NCBI GenBank assembly: GCA_044354225.1
Contig: JBILAM010000001.1
Coordinates: forward strand, 579 to 64,578
Direction of reading: 5' to 3'
Source of the DNA: Candidatus Planktophila sp.
GTDB taxonomy: Bacteria > Actinomycetota > Actinomycetes > Nanopelagicales > Nanopelagicaceae
DNA length: 64,000 nucleotides
The position numbers and the translations under genes are program-made. Within the stretch, counting starts at the first letter, position 1. Every line of letters begins with the position of its first letter. Shown piece by piece: positions 22,401 through 32,310 of this stretch. The notes under the pieces are model-generated. The model was not told where the DNA came from and did not search any database. It was given only the letters and a program-made list of their open reading frames with translations.

Positions 22401-23720
22401 TTGGCTACTTCAAAGAAGAGCAATTCCGCCCGTAAAACCTATGTAATAGATACATCAGTACTCCTGGCAGATCCCGGGGCAATGTCCCGATTTGAAGAAC
22501 ATGAAGTCATTATTCCAATCGCTGTAATCGGCGAACTTGAGACCAAACGCGACCATCCTGAACTTGGCTACTTTGCCCGCGCCGCCCTGCGCGCACTTGA
22601 TGATCTTCGGATTGAACATGGTCGCCTCGATTCAGCTCTGACAATTACACCCGAAGGTGGAACGCTCTCGGTCGAACTTAATCACACAGATTTGAGCACC
22701 TTGCCCCACGGTTTCTTGCGCGATGGCACTAATGATTCGCGCATCCTGGCTATTGCCAAGAACCTGATGTCTGATGGCAAGAACGTGGTTCTTGTGACCA
22801 AAGATCTTCCGCTGCGCGTGAAGGCATCATCTGTAGGAGTCGAAGCCCAAGAGTATTTAGCAGAGCTTGTCTCCAATAGCGGATGGACCGGCATTGAAGA
22901 AGTATCTGTTGGCCATAGCACCATCGATGAGCTCTATTCATCTGATCGCGCCGACCACGAATGTGCTCATAAGTTTCCGGTTCACACCGGAATCGTGCTG
23001 CACTCTGAAAAAGGAAGCGCACTTGCCCGCGTAACAGAGAGCAAGCAACTGCAATTGGTGCGCGGTGACCGCCAAGCTTTTGGTCTTCATGGTCGCAGCG
23101 CCGAGCAGCGCATTGCACTAGATCTCTTACTTGATGAATCCATTGGCATCATCTCACTCGGGGGACGAGCCGGAACTGGTAAGTCAGCACTGGCGCTCTG
23201 CGCCGGACTCGAAGCGGTGATGGAGAAGCGACTTCATAAGAAAGTTGTCATCTTCCGCCCGCTCTATCCGGTCGGCGGACAAGAGCTCGGATACTTACCG
23301 GGCAGTGAAGGCGAGAAGATGTCGCCTTGGGCCCAAGCTGTCTTCGACACTTTAGGCGCCCTGGTTAGCCAAGCGGTCATCGATGAAATCATTGCCAGGG
23401 GTCTGATTGAAGTTCTGCCGCTGACCCACATCCGTGGGCGCTCGCTGCACGACTCCTTTGTCATTGTTGATGAAGCCCAATCACTAGAACGCGGCGTTCT
23501 ACTGACCGTACTCTCCAGAATCGGCCAGGCATCACGGGTAGTTCTCACCCACGACGTTGCCCAGCGCGATAATTTGCGCGTTGGCCGCCATGATGGCGTG
23601 GTCGCAGTGGTGGAAACGCTCAAGGGCCACCCGCTCTTTGCCCACGTGACCCTGACTAGATCAGAGCGCTCACCGATTGCCGCCCTGGTCACTGAATTAC
23701 TGGAAGGCCCGCAAAGCTAA
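22401..23720 (+). CDS. PIN-PhoH (PhoH2) family protein
   Basis: PIN domain YVIDTSVLL and NDSRIL; GRAGTGKS; [16 protein letters not shown]. Confidence 0.93.
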   Translation: MATSKKSNSARKTYVIDTSVLLADPGAMSRFEEHEVIIPIAVIGELETKRDHPELGYFARAALRALDDLRIEHGRLDSALTITPEGGTLSVELNHTDLSTLPHGFLRDGTNDSRILAIAKNLMSDGKNVVLVTKDLPLRVKASSVGVEAQEYLAELVSNSGWTGIEEVSVGHSTIDELYSSDRADHECAHKFPVHTGIVLHSEKGSALARVTESKQLQLVRGDRQAFGLHGRSAEQRIALDLLLDESIGIISLGGRAGTGKSALALCAGLEAVMEKRLHKKVVIFRPLYPVGGQELGYLPGSEGEKMSPWAQAVFDTLGALVSQAVIDEIIARGLIEVLPLTHIRGRSLHDSFVIVDEAQSLERGVLLTVLSRIGQASRVVLTHDVAQRDNLRVGRHDGVVAVVETLKGHPLFAHVTLTRSERSPIAALVTELLEGPQS

Positions 23721-24002
23721 GCCGGGTGATTTGGCCCCAATTTAAATCTCACAGTAACAAATCGGACATATAGGACTTTGCCCTAGCTGACCTGGGCTTT
23801 TACCTATCCACAGCCACCCCTTTCTCTGTGAATTTGCGACCCACGCAGGATTAAATTTGCGACCGACCACCTGACTAGACACGATTAAGCCCTTCCCTTA
23901 AGTCATAACCTCATTTTTGAGGTGATGGCGCCATGGGTAAAGCAGGTCAGAGATGGCCGGAGTATTGACTAGAGATGAATGAGGATGAAAGGAGTACCGA
24001 AG

Positions 24003-24620
24003 ATGAGATCAGAGCTGCGCCAATTCTTCGCCGCCCTTGCATCCTTTACCGTTGGCCGAGTCACCAAGCCGGCGCTCTGGGCGACGGTTGCTTCGATGCT
24101 CTTGCTCGCCGTGGCCCAGCCAAGTGCCTATGGTCTGGATTTTCCTATGACTAGCCGGCTAGCTCTGCCTGACTCAGCAAATCTGACAAGTCAGAGTCCG
24201 ATGGCCAAGAATTTAAGGGTCAAGAGCGGGCTGCCGATGGCATCACTTTCTAGCCAGTTATCTGAGATGGCGATCGTTGCCAACTTAAGTCGTCAGGTCG
24301 AAATGGCCCGCACCATAGTTGGTGCCAAGAATGTAACTAAGGCGATCATGGCCGATGAATATGGTTGGGAGGGCGAGCAGTATCGCTGCCTGAATAACTT
24401 GTGGACTAAAGAGAGCCATTGGAATTACAAAGCACATAACTACCGTTCCGGCGCCCATGGAATTCCACAAGCCCTACCGGCATCGAAAATGGATCTCATC
24501 GCCGATGATTGGCGCACCAATCCGGTCACCCAGATTCGCTGGGGGCTTCGCTATATCGAAGGCCGTTATGACACACCATGTGGTGCTTGGTCTAAATTCA
24601 AGCGCCATCGTTACTACTAG
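24003..24620 (+). CDS. Secreted lytic transglycosylase (SLT/Rpf-like domain)
   Basis: Signal peptide; CLNNLWTKESHW, SGAHGIPQALP and TQIRWGLRYIEGRYDTPCGAW motifs; SD AAGGAG before ATG 24003. Confidence 0.88.
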   Translation: MRSELRQFFAALASFTVGRVTKPALWATVASMLLLAVAQPSAYGLDFPMTSRLALPDSANLTSQSPMAKNLRVKSGLPMASLSSQLSEMAIVANLSRQVEMARTIVGAKNVTKAIMADEYGWEGEQYRCLNNLWTKESHWNYKAHNYRSGAHGIPQALPASKMDLIADDWRTNPVTQIRWGLRYIEGRYDTPCGAWSKFKRHRYY

Positions 24621-24623
24621 AAG

Positions 24624-26276
24624 CTAAGGCTTAACCCCGATAGTTAATGGGCGCATCGTCTCGGCAAAGAAATCATTTCCTTTATCGTCCACAACGATAA
24701 ACGCTGGGAAATCAACGACATCAATCTTCCAAACAGCTTCCATACCAAGATCTGCAAAATCTAAGACTTCCACCTTCTTGATGCAATCTTGGGCCAGGCG
24801 GGCAGCTGGTCCACCAATGGAACCGAGATAGAAACCTTTATGTTTATTGCAAGCATCGGTGACAGCCTTAGATCGATTTCCCTTTGCCAACATGACAAGT
24901 GATCCACCAGCTGCTTGGAATTGATCCACATAGGAATCCATTCGGCCGGCAGTTGTTGGTCCAAATGAACCAGAGGCCATACCGGTTGGCGTCTTTGCTG
25001 GACCTGCGTAATAAACCGCGTGCTGCTTTAAGTATTCCGGCATCTCTTTGCCGGCATCTAGCATCTCTTTAATTCTGGAGTGAGCAAGATCGCGAGCCAC
25101 CACAATGGTGCCACTTAAGGACAGGCGAGTCTTTACCGGGTACTTGGAAAGCTCGGCCCGAATAGCAGCCATCGATTGATTGAGATCGATCTTAACTACA
25201 TCCTCATTTAAATGTTCATCAGTTGTTTCCGGCAAGAAGTGTGCTGGCTCGGTCTCTAGCTGCTCAATGAATATGCCATCTTTAGTGATCTTCGCCTTTG
25301 CTTGGCGATCTGCCGAACAGGAGACTGCAATAGCAATGGGAAGTGATGCCCCATGGCGTGGCAGACGAACGACGCGGACATCGTGGCAGAAGTACTTGCC
25401 GCCAAACTGGGCGCCAATACCTAACTTCTGAGTGAGCTTAAAGACTTCTTCTTCTAGGGCGAGATCGCGAAAACCATGGCCGGAAACACCATCTCCTGAA
25501 GTAGGCAAGTTATCGAGGTAATGGGTGCTGGCAAGCTTTGCTGTCTTAACCGTGTATTCCGCGCTGGTGCCACCAATGACAATAGCTAAGTGATACGGCG
25601 GGCATGCTGCTGTGCCAATGGAGCGGAGTTTTTCATCTAGCCAATTCAAAAATGAGGTTGGGTTTAGGACTGCCTTAGTCTCTTGATAGAGGAAAGATTT
25701 ATTGGCACTTCCGCCACCTTTGGCGATAAACATAAAGTTGTACTCATCGGCATGCTCACTATCTGCATAAATCTCAATTTGAGCTGGCAAGTTATTGCCG
25801 GTGTTCTTCTCTTCCCAGGTTGTGGTGGGAGCCATCTGTGAATAGCGCAGGTTTAACTTGGTAAATGCGTCATAGACCCCTTGGGCAAGTGCGACTTCAT
25901 CTTTTGAACTAGTTAATACGTATTGCCCCTTCTTGCCCATAATCAGAGCAGTGCCGGTGTCTTGGCACATCGGCAAGACACCACCGGCGGCGATATTGGC
26001 ATTTTTTAACAAGTCCAGCGCCACGAAGCGATCATTAGCGGAAGCTTCTGGATCGGTGAGAATTTTTGAGAGTTGTTGCAGATGCTCACTGCGCAGGTAA
26101 TGTGAAATATCGTGTATCGCTGTCTCGGTAAGCAGGGTGAGCGCCTCGGCTGTCACCTGAAGAAATTGCTTATCGCCTAACTTTTCAACGCTCACGCCTT
26201 CTTTACTCAAAAGGCGATACTTAGTTGTGTCCGGTCCAATCGGCAGCATGTCAGAGTAGGAAAAAGTTGGAGCCAC
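24624..26276 (-). CDS. Class I (Fe-S) fumarate hydratase
   Basis: [31 protein letters not shown] and [10 protein letters not shown] motifs. Confidence 0.96.
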   Translation of the reverse strand: MAPTFSYSDMLPIGPDTTKYRLLSKEGVSVEKLGDKQFLQVTAEALTLLTETAIHDISHYLRSEHLQQLSKILTDPEASANDRFVALDLLKNANIAAGGVLPMCQDTGTALIMGKKGQYVLTSSKDEVALAQGVYDAFTKLNLRYSQMAPTTTWEEKNTGNNLPAQIEIYADSEHADEYNFMFIAKGGGSANKSFLYQETKAVLNPTSFLNWLDEKLRSIGTAACPPYHLAIVIGGTSAEYTVKTAKLASTHYLDNLPTSGDGVSGHGFRDLALEEEVFKLTQKLGIGAQFGGKYFCHDVRVVRLPRHGASLPIAIAVSCSADRQAKAKITKDGIFIEQLETEPAHFLPETTDEHLNEDVVKIDLNQSMAAIRAELSKYPVKTRLSLSGTIVVARDLAHSRIKEMLDAGKEMPEYLKQHAVYYAGPAKTPTGMASGSFGPTTAGRMDSYVDQFQAAGGSLVMLAKGNRSKAVTDACNKHKGFYLGSIGGPAARLAQDCIKKVEVLDFADLGMEAVWKIDVVDFPAFIVVDDKGNDFFAETMRPLTIGVKP

Positions 26277-26495
26277 TTACTTCTCCTCAGACTTGGTAGA
26301 ACTCACTTTGGCCGCATCTAACTTCTTCTTGGCGCCATCGAGCCATTGCTGACAGATCTTTGCTAACTCTTCACCGCGCTCCCATAACTTCAGTGACTCT
26401 TCCAGGGTTGCGCTGCCATCTTCTAGTGATTCAACGATCTCGGCCAGCTCATCACGAGCGGCTTCATAGGAGGGCTGTGCATCTTTAGCGGCCAT
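26277..26495 (-). CDS. xseB: Exodeoxyribonuclease VII small subunit
   Basis: SYEAARDEL and LEESLKLWERGE; directly downstream of xseA. Confidence 0.94.
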   Translation of the reverse strand: MAAKDAQPSYEAARDELAEIVESLEDGSATLEESLKLWERGEELAKICQQWLDGAKKKLDAAKVSSTKSEEK

Positions 26496-26518
26496 GAGCA
26501 CAATCTACTCTCTTGTAG

Positions 26519-27724
26519 TTATTCGGGAGAACTTACGGTGGCTGCGGTCTCACCTTTTGCCACGCGAATGCGCAAACGAGTGCCCACCTTCACCTTTGTG
26601 GCATCGCGCAGGATTGCGCCATCTTCTAACTGCACTACCGAATACCCGCGGTCCATCGTTGATTGTGGTGAGAGTGAACGCAGATGGGCTCGCACTCCAG
26701 CCAGCTCCTTCTTCTCAATTTCAATAATGGATGCAAAGCCGCGGATAGATCTATCTCGCAGCGCCTTTACTTCATCGCGGCGAGAAGTCACCATCAGATG
26801 CGGGTCTTTCATGACCGGGCGGTTTCGTAATTGGGCAATCAGATTGATCTCATAGCCAATGGTGGAGACCAGGGTTCGATACATGCGATCTCGAATCTTT
26901 TCGATATCGCTAACCTCTTGCGCAATATCTGGAACCACGCGCTTAGCCGCATCGGTGGGAGTAGATGCGCGATAGTCGGCGACATAATCGAGAAGTGGTG
27001 CATCTTTCTCGTGGCCGATAGCGCTGACAATTGGTGTGGTGCACTCTGATGCCAGGCGGACGAGTGACTCATCACTGAAGGGCAGCAGGTCTTCAAAGGA
27101 GCCACCACCACGAGTAATGATGATGACATCCACATCAGGGTCATTCTCAAGTTCTCTTAGCGCAGCTGATACTTCAACCACAGCGGCGGCGCCTTGCACT
27201 GCTACCTCCCGAATTTCAAATTCAACTGCTGGCCAGCGGCGGCGAGCATTTTCTACAACATCTTTTTCAGCATCGGTATTACGACCACAGATCAACCCCA
27301 CTTTTCGCGGCAGTCGTGGCAGTGCAATCTTTCTACTCTCACTAAATAAACCTTCGGCAGCTAACTTCTCTTTCAGGGCTTCCAGACGTGCAAGCAGTTC
27401 ACCCACACCCACTTGGCTAATCTCTTTGGCAGACATTGTCAGCGAACCGTTCTTGGTAAACCAGGAAGGCTTTGCATGGATTACAACGCGAGCATTTGCT
27501 GGCAGTGGTTGCACGCTGGCTAATACTGATTTATGACACATCACCGAAAGGCTCATATCTGCACTGGTATCGCGCAGTCTCATAAATGCCATGCCACCAC
27601 TGCGTTCATTAAGTTCTGAAATCTCGCCCTCAATCCAGATAGGGCCAAGTCGATCCACATACTCTTTTATCGCTTCGGAAACCACGCGCACCGGCGCCGG
27701 GGATTCACGTGAAGTTTCGAACAT
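26519..27724 (-). CDS. xseA: Exodeoxyribonuclease VII large subunit
   Basis: [24 protein letters not shown] and ASTPTDAA motifs. Confidence 0.96.
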   Translation of the reverse strand: MFETSRESPAPVRVVSEAIKEYVDRLGPIWIEGEISELNERSGGMAFMRLRDTSADMSLSVMCHKSVLASVQPLPANARVVIHAKPSWFTKNGSLTMSAKEISQVGVGELLARLEALKEKLAAEGLFSESRKIALPRLPRKVGLICGRNTDAEKDVVENARRRWPAVEFEIREVAVQGAAAVVEVSAALRELENDPDVDVIIITRGGGSFEDLLPFSDESLVRLASECTTPIVSAIGHEKDAPLLDYVADYRASTPTDAAKRVVPDIAQEVSDIEKIRDRMYRTLVSTIGYEINLIAQLRNRPVMKDPHLMVTSRRDEVKALRDRSIRGFASIIEIEKKELAGVRAHLRSLSPQSTMDRGYSVVQLEDGAILRDATKVKVGTRLRIRVAKGETAATVSSPE

Positions 27725-27750
27725 GGGATGAGCCTATTAGACTGCGCCTC

Positions 27751-28701
27751 ATGAGTAGAAGAGTTCTCCTAGCCGCGCCTCGCGGATATTGCGCTGGCGT
27801 TGATCGCGCAGTTATTGCGGTGGAGAAATCGCTGGAACTCTACGGCGCTCCGGTCTATGTCCGGAAAGAAATTGTCCATAACAAGCATGTGGTCTCTACT
27901 CTGGAAAAGCGTGGGGTCATCTTTGTTAACGAAACTGATGAAGTGCCAGAAGGTGCAACGGTAGTTTTCTCAGCTCACGGAGTTTCACCTGCCGTGCACG
28001 AGCAAGCAGCGGCTCGAAACCTCAAGACCATCGATGCCACCTGCCCGCTAGTAACCAAGGTACATAATGAGGTAAAACGTTTTGCCGATGATGAAACCGA
28101 GATTCTTCTAATCGGCCATATCGGCCACGAAGAAGTTGAAGGAACTGCTGGTGAAGCACCGGGCAAGGTGCGCGTTGTCGATGGGCTTGATGAGGCTCGC
28201 ACAATTATTCCAACGCCAGGTAAGAAGTTGGTCTGGCTGACACAGACCACGCTCTCAGTTGATGAAACTATGCAATCTGTTGCAATTCTTAAAGAACGTT
28301 TTCCTGAAATTGCCAACCCACCATCAGATGACATCTGTTATGCCACCCAGAATCGCCAAGAAGCAATTAAGGCAATTGCCCCACAAGCAGATCTCGTAAT
28401 CGTCGTGGGTTCTACAAACTCATCGAACTCTGTGCGCCTAGTTGAAGTGGCGCTGGAATATGGCGCAAAGGCTGCCTATCTTGTTGATTATGCAACCGAG
28501 GTGAAGGACGAATGGTTTGCAGGCGTTGAAGTAATCGGTGTGACAAGTGGCGCATCAGTACCTGAAATTCTTGTCAATGACTTACTCAAGCACTTAGATG
28601 AACATGGTTATAGTGATGTGGAAGAAGTGCGATCCTCGGAAGAAACGCTGCTCTTTGCACTGCCGAAAGAGCTACGAGCTGATTTAAAGGCAGCTAAGTA
28701 G
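27751..28701 (+). CDS. ispH: 4-hydroxy-3-methylbut-2-enyl diphosphate reductase
   Basis: [32 protein letters not shown] and SSNS motifs; probable leaderless start at 27751. Confidence 0.97.
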   Translation: MSRRVLLAAPRGYCAGVDRAVIAVEKSLELYGAPVYVRKEIVHNKHVVSTLEKRGVIFVNETDEVPEGATVVFSAHGVSPAVHEQAAARNLKTIDATCPLVTKVHNEVKRFADDETEILLIGHIGHEEVEGTAGEAPGKVRVVDGLDEARTIIPTPGKKLVWLTQTTLSVDETMQSVAILKERFPEIANPPSDDICYATQNRQEAIKAIAPQADLVIVVGSTNSSNSVRLVEVALEYGAKAAYLVDYATEVKDEWFAGVEVIGVTSGASVPEILVNDLLKHLDEHGYSDVEEVRSSEETLLFALPKELRADLKAAK

Positions 28702-28727
28702 CAATCCTCACCGCACACAAGGATTGA

Positions 28728-29822
28728 CTATAATTCTCGTTTTTCGATCTCAGGTACGACTTTCTCAAGCCACTCGTCGTAACTGATTTTAAATTGCTTT
28801 TCAAAGGCAACTTTCCACTTCTCACTGTCTTGACCAGGTGTATTAACAATAGCTTTCGTAAAAGATATAAGTGCTTCATGGCCGAATTGATAAATAAGTT
28901 GTTCTACAAGTAGCCGACCTGCCTCATATCCACCCTCTTGGGAGCCGCAGGCAGCACCGCTAAATCCAGTTCCAAGTCGCTTGGCGGCAGTCATAAGATC
29001 CTCTTTTTTAAACCTTTTGTGCCAAGAAAAAACTTCTTTGAACTCCGAGAAATTTTTGGCTGTTCCAAGCACACTGCCGTAATAAACCTGTTGACCCTCA
29101 TTTAGCCAACAAGGTATTAGCTCGTCCCGCTTTTCTGACCAAACTCGTTGCATGTGGCCAACTACCTCATGTTCAACAGTAGTTTTCCAAACAATATCCA
29201 GTGGATTGGTGCAATCATTTGGATAAAAGGTGAAGGATAGTAATGCAGAACCATCTGATAAAAACCCATGAGAACCGGCATTCCACATCTTGCAACGATT
29301 ACTGCTATTTAGATTACTTTTTAACCAAGTTTCCCATTCAGCATAGCCTCCTGCATTCGCTGGATCTGCTTTAGTAAATTCTTGCACCATCCATGCAGTA
29401 TTCTCTGTATTTCCAATTACGATATAGAAATTAATGCTTGCTGATTCGTCTCCTAAAAATTTGAGAAAATTAGTTGTACGATTTCTTACTTCACTAACTT
29501 CTGACTGCTTAACTGAAGAATGTGAGATTATTTGAATATCATTTTTAGGTGAATAATCCTTATTTGCATTATAGATAAGCCGAACACTGTTATATGCCTG
29601 CTCTCTTGCATTTATGTTTTTCCCAGGAGATTGCGAAGCTCCCTTATTCCAAGCCAGCTTCTTTCCAGTTTTAAGACAGGTGTATTTCTTGCCCTGAACC
29701 ACTTCAGTAATTCCCGCTTTATTGCATTTAGCGCCGGCTTTGGCGGCAGCATTTGCTGGGATAAAGGGAATTGATAGGCAGAGAGAAAGTATTGATAAGA
29801 ATGCAATCAGTCTCTTATTCAT
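28728..29822 (-). CDS. Secreted protein with conserved N-terminal cassette and putative zinc-metallopeptidase body (paralog A)
   Basis: Signal peptide ending PANA; Lys-rich two-Cys module; HEVVGH...WLNEG...YEAGRLLVE gluzincin-like pattern. Confidence 0.7.
   Translation of the reverse strand: MNKRLIAFLSILSLCLSIPFIPANAAAKAGAKCNKAGITEVVQGKKYTCLKTGKKLAWNKGASQSPGKNINAREQAYNSVRLIYNANKDYSPKNDIQIISHSSVKQSEVSEVRNRTTNFLKFLGDESASINFYIVIGNTENTAWMVQEFTKADPANAGGYAEWETWLKSNLNSSNRCKMWNAGSHGFLSDGSALLSFTFYPNDCTNPLDIVWKTTVEHEVVGHMQRVWSEKRDELIPCWLNEGQQVYYGSVLGTAKNFSEFKEVFSWHKRFKKEDLMTAAKRLGTGFSGAACGSQEGGYEAGRLLVEQLIYQFGHEALISFTKAIVNTPGQDSEKWKVAFEKQFKISYDEWLEKVVPEIEKREL
29641..29822 (-). repeat. 182-bp repeat, copy 1 (5' cassette of paralog A)
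   Basis: Aligns without gaps to 31626-31807, with 8 mismatches by eye. Confidence 0.95.
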
Positions 29823-29828
29823 CTATAG

Positions 29829-29881
29829 AGAGTAAATTGTGTGTTTAGCTAATACAAGAGGGTATTTGCCCTTATCTGACC
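29829..29881 (-). promoter_or_regulatory. Leaderless promoter plus conserved 29-bp upstream element, copy 1
   Basis: Minus strand reads TTGTAT-17-TACTCT-6-ATG. 29853-29881 is identical to 31837-31865. Confidence 0.75.
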
Positions 29882-30348
29882 TAATTTCTAGTTAGATAAC
29901 CCCAAGCAAGGCTGGCTGCGATTGCAACCCAAATTTGATAGGGAATAAGTAGAAGTCCCATAATCAGAGAAGCCTTGAACGTTAAGTAAAGAACTGGGAG
30001 CGTAAGAAGCGCCGCCAATACTAAGGCGATTGTGGCTAGCGTGAAGTTGTGCGGAACATAAAATTGATAAGCCCAAGTAAGAGCTGCAAAAACACTTAAG
30101 CCAAAGAAAACTAACCAGGAAATATTCGCTATTCGTGATAAAGATCTAGAAACTTGATATGAAGCAAACCCTAGAACTATAAAGTTATAAGGCCAGATAA
30201 TTCCAATAAAAGAACTGGGCGGCTGCCAAGGTGGTCGGTTGAGCGATGCGTACCATCCAGGGGAGGAAGAAACCCAAATTCCCGATCCAAATGCATAAAT
30301 GAAAATTAGAAGAATTCCAATTGTCGATGTCACTAATTTAAAATCCAT
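29881..30348 (-). CDS. TspO/MBR family tryptophan-rich sensory protein
   Basis: WYASLNRPPWQPP, LIPYQIWVAIAASL and about five TM helices. Probable leaderless start at 30348 (TATCCT-6-ATG). Confidence 0.9.
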   Translation of the reverse strand: MDFKLVTSTIGILLIFIYAFGSGIWVSSSPGWYASLNRPPWQPPSSFIGIIWPYNFIVLGFASYQVSRSLSRIANISWLVFFGLSVFAALTWAYQFYVPHNFTLATIALVLAALLTLPVLYLTFKASLIMGLLLIPYQIWVAIAASLAWGYLTRN

Positions 30349-30532
30349 ATGAGGAGGATAATCCATCCCTAAATCTATTCAAGGTCTAGAAAATTTCAGA
30401 CTAATCACCAAAATGGGTGCTAAGTAAAAAAAAGCAAATATACGCCATGGGTAAATGAGGGAAAATAAGAGGAAACTTTCGCCGCCCATAACGATGTGAT
30501 CTCTGTCTACAAACTACAGAACTCCATAATTA

Positions 30533-31807
30533 TCAAGAAAAGCAAATCCCCTTTTTGGCGTCAGGTATGTAGCGATTGGCGTCAAGAGATTTACATCTAG
30601 GCAAGGTGAGCCAAGAACTATTCGTTTGCGCGATTTGATATTCGGCATGAAGATAATCAGCCATTTCATCACGGAATAACTCCTGTGATTTGCCAAGATG
30701 TTTTTCAAAAGAGTCTTTCCAGCCAAGACTTTCAATATCTCTCATCAGCTCCACTACACCCTTGAATCCGATTTTTCCCACCAACCATTCAGTTAAGACG
30801 GCACCGAAGTTGTATGGGGTTCCGTCATTTGGCAAGTTATCCGACCGGTCGTTGTAAGAGAGACGAGGGACAGTATTTTTCGAAATCCAATTAGAGAAGT
30901 CAGCTTTTGTCATAGCCTTATCAATCCTGTTATCACTAATCATGAACCAACTCTGTGAACGATGTTGGACGAAATATTCGGGGTCATACATTGCAGCGAC
31001 AAGAAGTCCGAAATACTCAGCAGATCCCTCCATAAACCAGACCGGGTTCTCTCGGATGTAGTGGTTTCCAGATAGGTCAAACTGAATTTGGTGAAACCAC
31101 TCATGCTCTATTCTTGGAAAAAAACTACCGGAAAAGAAAACTATAGGTTCTAGTAGTACATAGGAATGCGTTACAGAGGCAGTGGCAGAGAGCTTTGGTG
31201 CCAAAACTGGGCGCCAGCTCCCTTCACTCTCCCATGCCGCAGCCAGGTAGGTGCCGTCTTTGAGGCTTTGCTCAGATTGACTTCGGCACCAATCGATAGG
31301 GAAAAATGTTGAACGTGGTGCCATTACCTGACACTTCTCCATTATTTGATCCTTCATTGCAAGATCTAGGTAAATCTTCGTACGGGTTACTTTATGGAAT
31401 CTCTCCCATTGCAAAACTGCATTGTCTAGTCTTCGCTTTGATTCGGTAACAATATCTTGGGGCACAGAACTCCCAAACCAATATTCAATCTTGCTCTCAG
31501 GCTTGCCTGAAGCTGGATTTGATCGCCATTCATCGAACATCTTCAAACCCTTTGATTCCGTCTTCTTAAATCTTTCGTAGTAAAGTGATTGAACCGATTG
31601 TTTAGTTGTTGTATCAGCTTTCACACCCTTATTCCAAGCCAGCTTCTTTCCAGTTTTAACACAGGTGTATTTCTTACCCTGAACCACCTCAGTAATTCCC
31701 GCTTTATTGCATTTAGCGCCGGCTTTGGCGGCAGCATTTGCTGGGATAATAGGAATTGATAGGAAGAGAGAAAGAATTGAGAAGAATGCAATCAGTCTCT
31801 TATTCAT
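30533..31807 (-). CDS. Secreted protein with conserved N-terminal cassette and HExxH zinc-metallopeptidase body (paralog B)
   Basis: Nearly identical first ~61 aa to paralog A; HEWFH...WFMEGSAEY...YNFGAVLTEWL. Confidence 0.75.
   Translation of the reverse strand: MNKRLIAFFSILSLFLSIPIIPANAAAKAGAKCNKAGITEVVQGKKYTCVKTGKKLAWNKGVKADTTTKQSVQSLYYERFKKTESKGLKMFDEWRSNPASGKPESKIEYWFGSSVPQDIVTESKRRLDNAVLQWERFHKVTRTKIYLDLAMKDQIMEKCQVMAPRSTFFPIDWCRSQSEQSLKDGTYLAAAWESEGSWRPVLAPKLSATASVTHSYVLLEPIVFFSGSFFPRIEHEWFHQIQFDLSGNHYIRENPVWFMEGSAEYFGLLVAAMYDPEYFVQHRSQSWFMISDNRIDKAMTKADFSNWISKNTVPRLSYNDRSDNLPNDGTPYNFGAVLTEWLVGKIGFKGVVELMRDIESLGWKDSFEKHLGKSQELFRDEMADYLHAEYQIAQTNSSWLTLPRCKSLDANRYIPDAKKGICFS
31626..31807 (-). 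repeat. 182-bp repeat, copy 2 (5' cassette of paralog B)
   Basis: Aligns to 29641-29822. Confidence 0.95.
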
Positions 31808-31813
31808 CTCAAA

Positions 31814-31865
31814 AGCCTATGCAAAAATCAGGTTATTACAAGAGGGTATTTGCCCTTATCTGACC
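31814..31865 (-). promoter_or_regulatory. Leaderless promoter plus conserved 29-bp upstream element, copy 2
   Basis: Minus strand reads TTGTAA-16-TAGGCT-6-ATG. 31837-31865 is identical to 29853-29881. Confidence 0.75.
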
Positions 31866-31887
31866 GATATCCAGTCAGTGGCAAAGC

Positions 31888-32307
31888 TCAGGCAGCTACC
31901 GCGCGCTTAGAAGGACGGTTCTTCGCCTTCTCATTTAAGAACATAAACCAGGCATAGAGCGCGCTGATAAGTAGATATGGTGCAACGCTGGCAAGTGAGC
32001 CGATGAAATCAATACCGACTCGAGAGAGTGCAAGACCATCGCTGAGAATAGTCATAAAGAGAACAGTTGCGGCATAGGCAAGTGGAGGAGTAACTGCTGC
32101 AACATAACGAGTTCCAGTGCGGCCATAGTTGACGCCGCCATAGGTAACCAGGGCGATGATTAGTCCTGAGATGATTCCGGGACCAGAGCGAATCCAGATC
32201 TCAAGTGCGGTAAAGATAAAGATAAAGAGTGATTGCAGGAAGACCACGCCCTGCTTCTTAAGTCCGGGCCCTTTTATTACTGGCTTACGTGTTATCTCTG
32301 CATTCAT
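31888..32307 (-). CDS. Hypothetical membrane protein (DUF6542-like)
   Basis: GPGL start motif, four TM helices, AVTPPLAY; lies in the rmuC/ispH neighbourhood. Confidence 0.65.
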   Translation of the reverse strand: MNAEITRKPVIKGPGLKKQGVVFLQSLFIFIFTALEIWIRSGPGIISGLIIALVTYGGVNYGRTGTRYVAAVTPPLAYAATVLFMTILSDGLALSRVGIDFIGSLASVAPYLLISALYAWFMFLNEKAKNRPSKRAVAA

Positions 32308-32310
32308 CGC

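Noticed and set aside
30478-30495. GTTATGG on the minus strand resembling an integron attC core
   Set aside because: It does not fit GTTRRRY, there is no matching inverse core or hairpin, and no integrase is present.
30514-30545. Possible T-run frameshift extending paralog B to ...CFLDNYGVL
   Set aside because: The annotated frame ends in a tandem TGA TAA and the run is only four T; there is no independent evidence.
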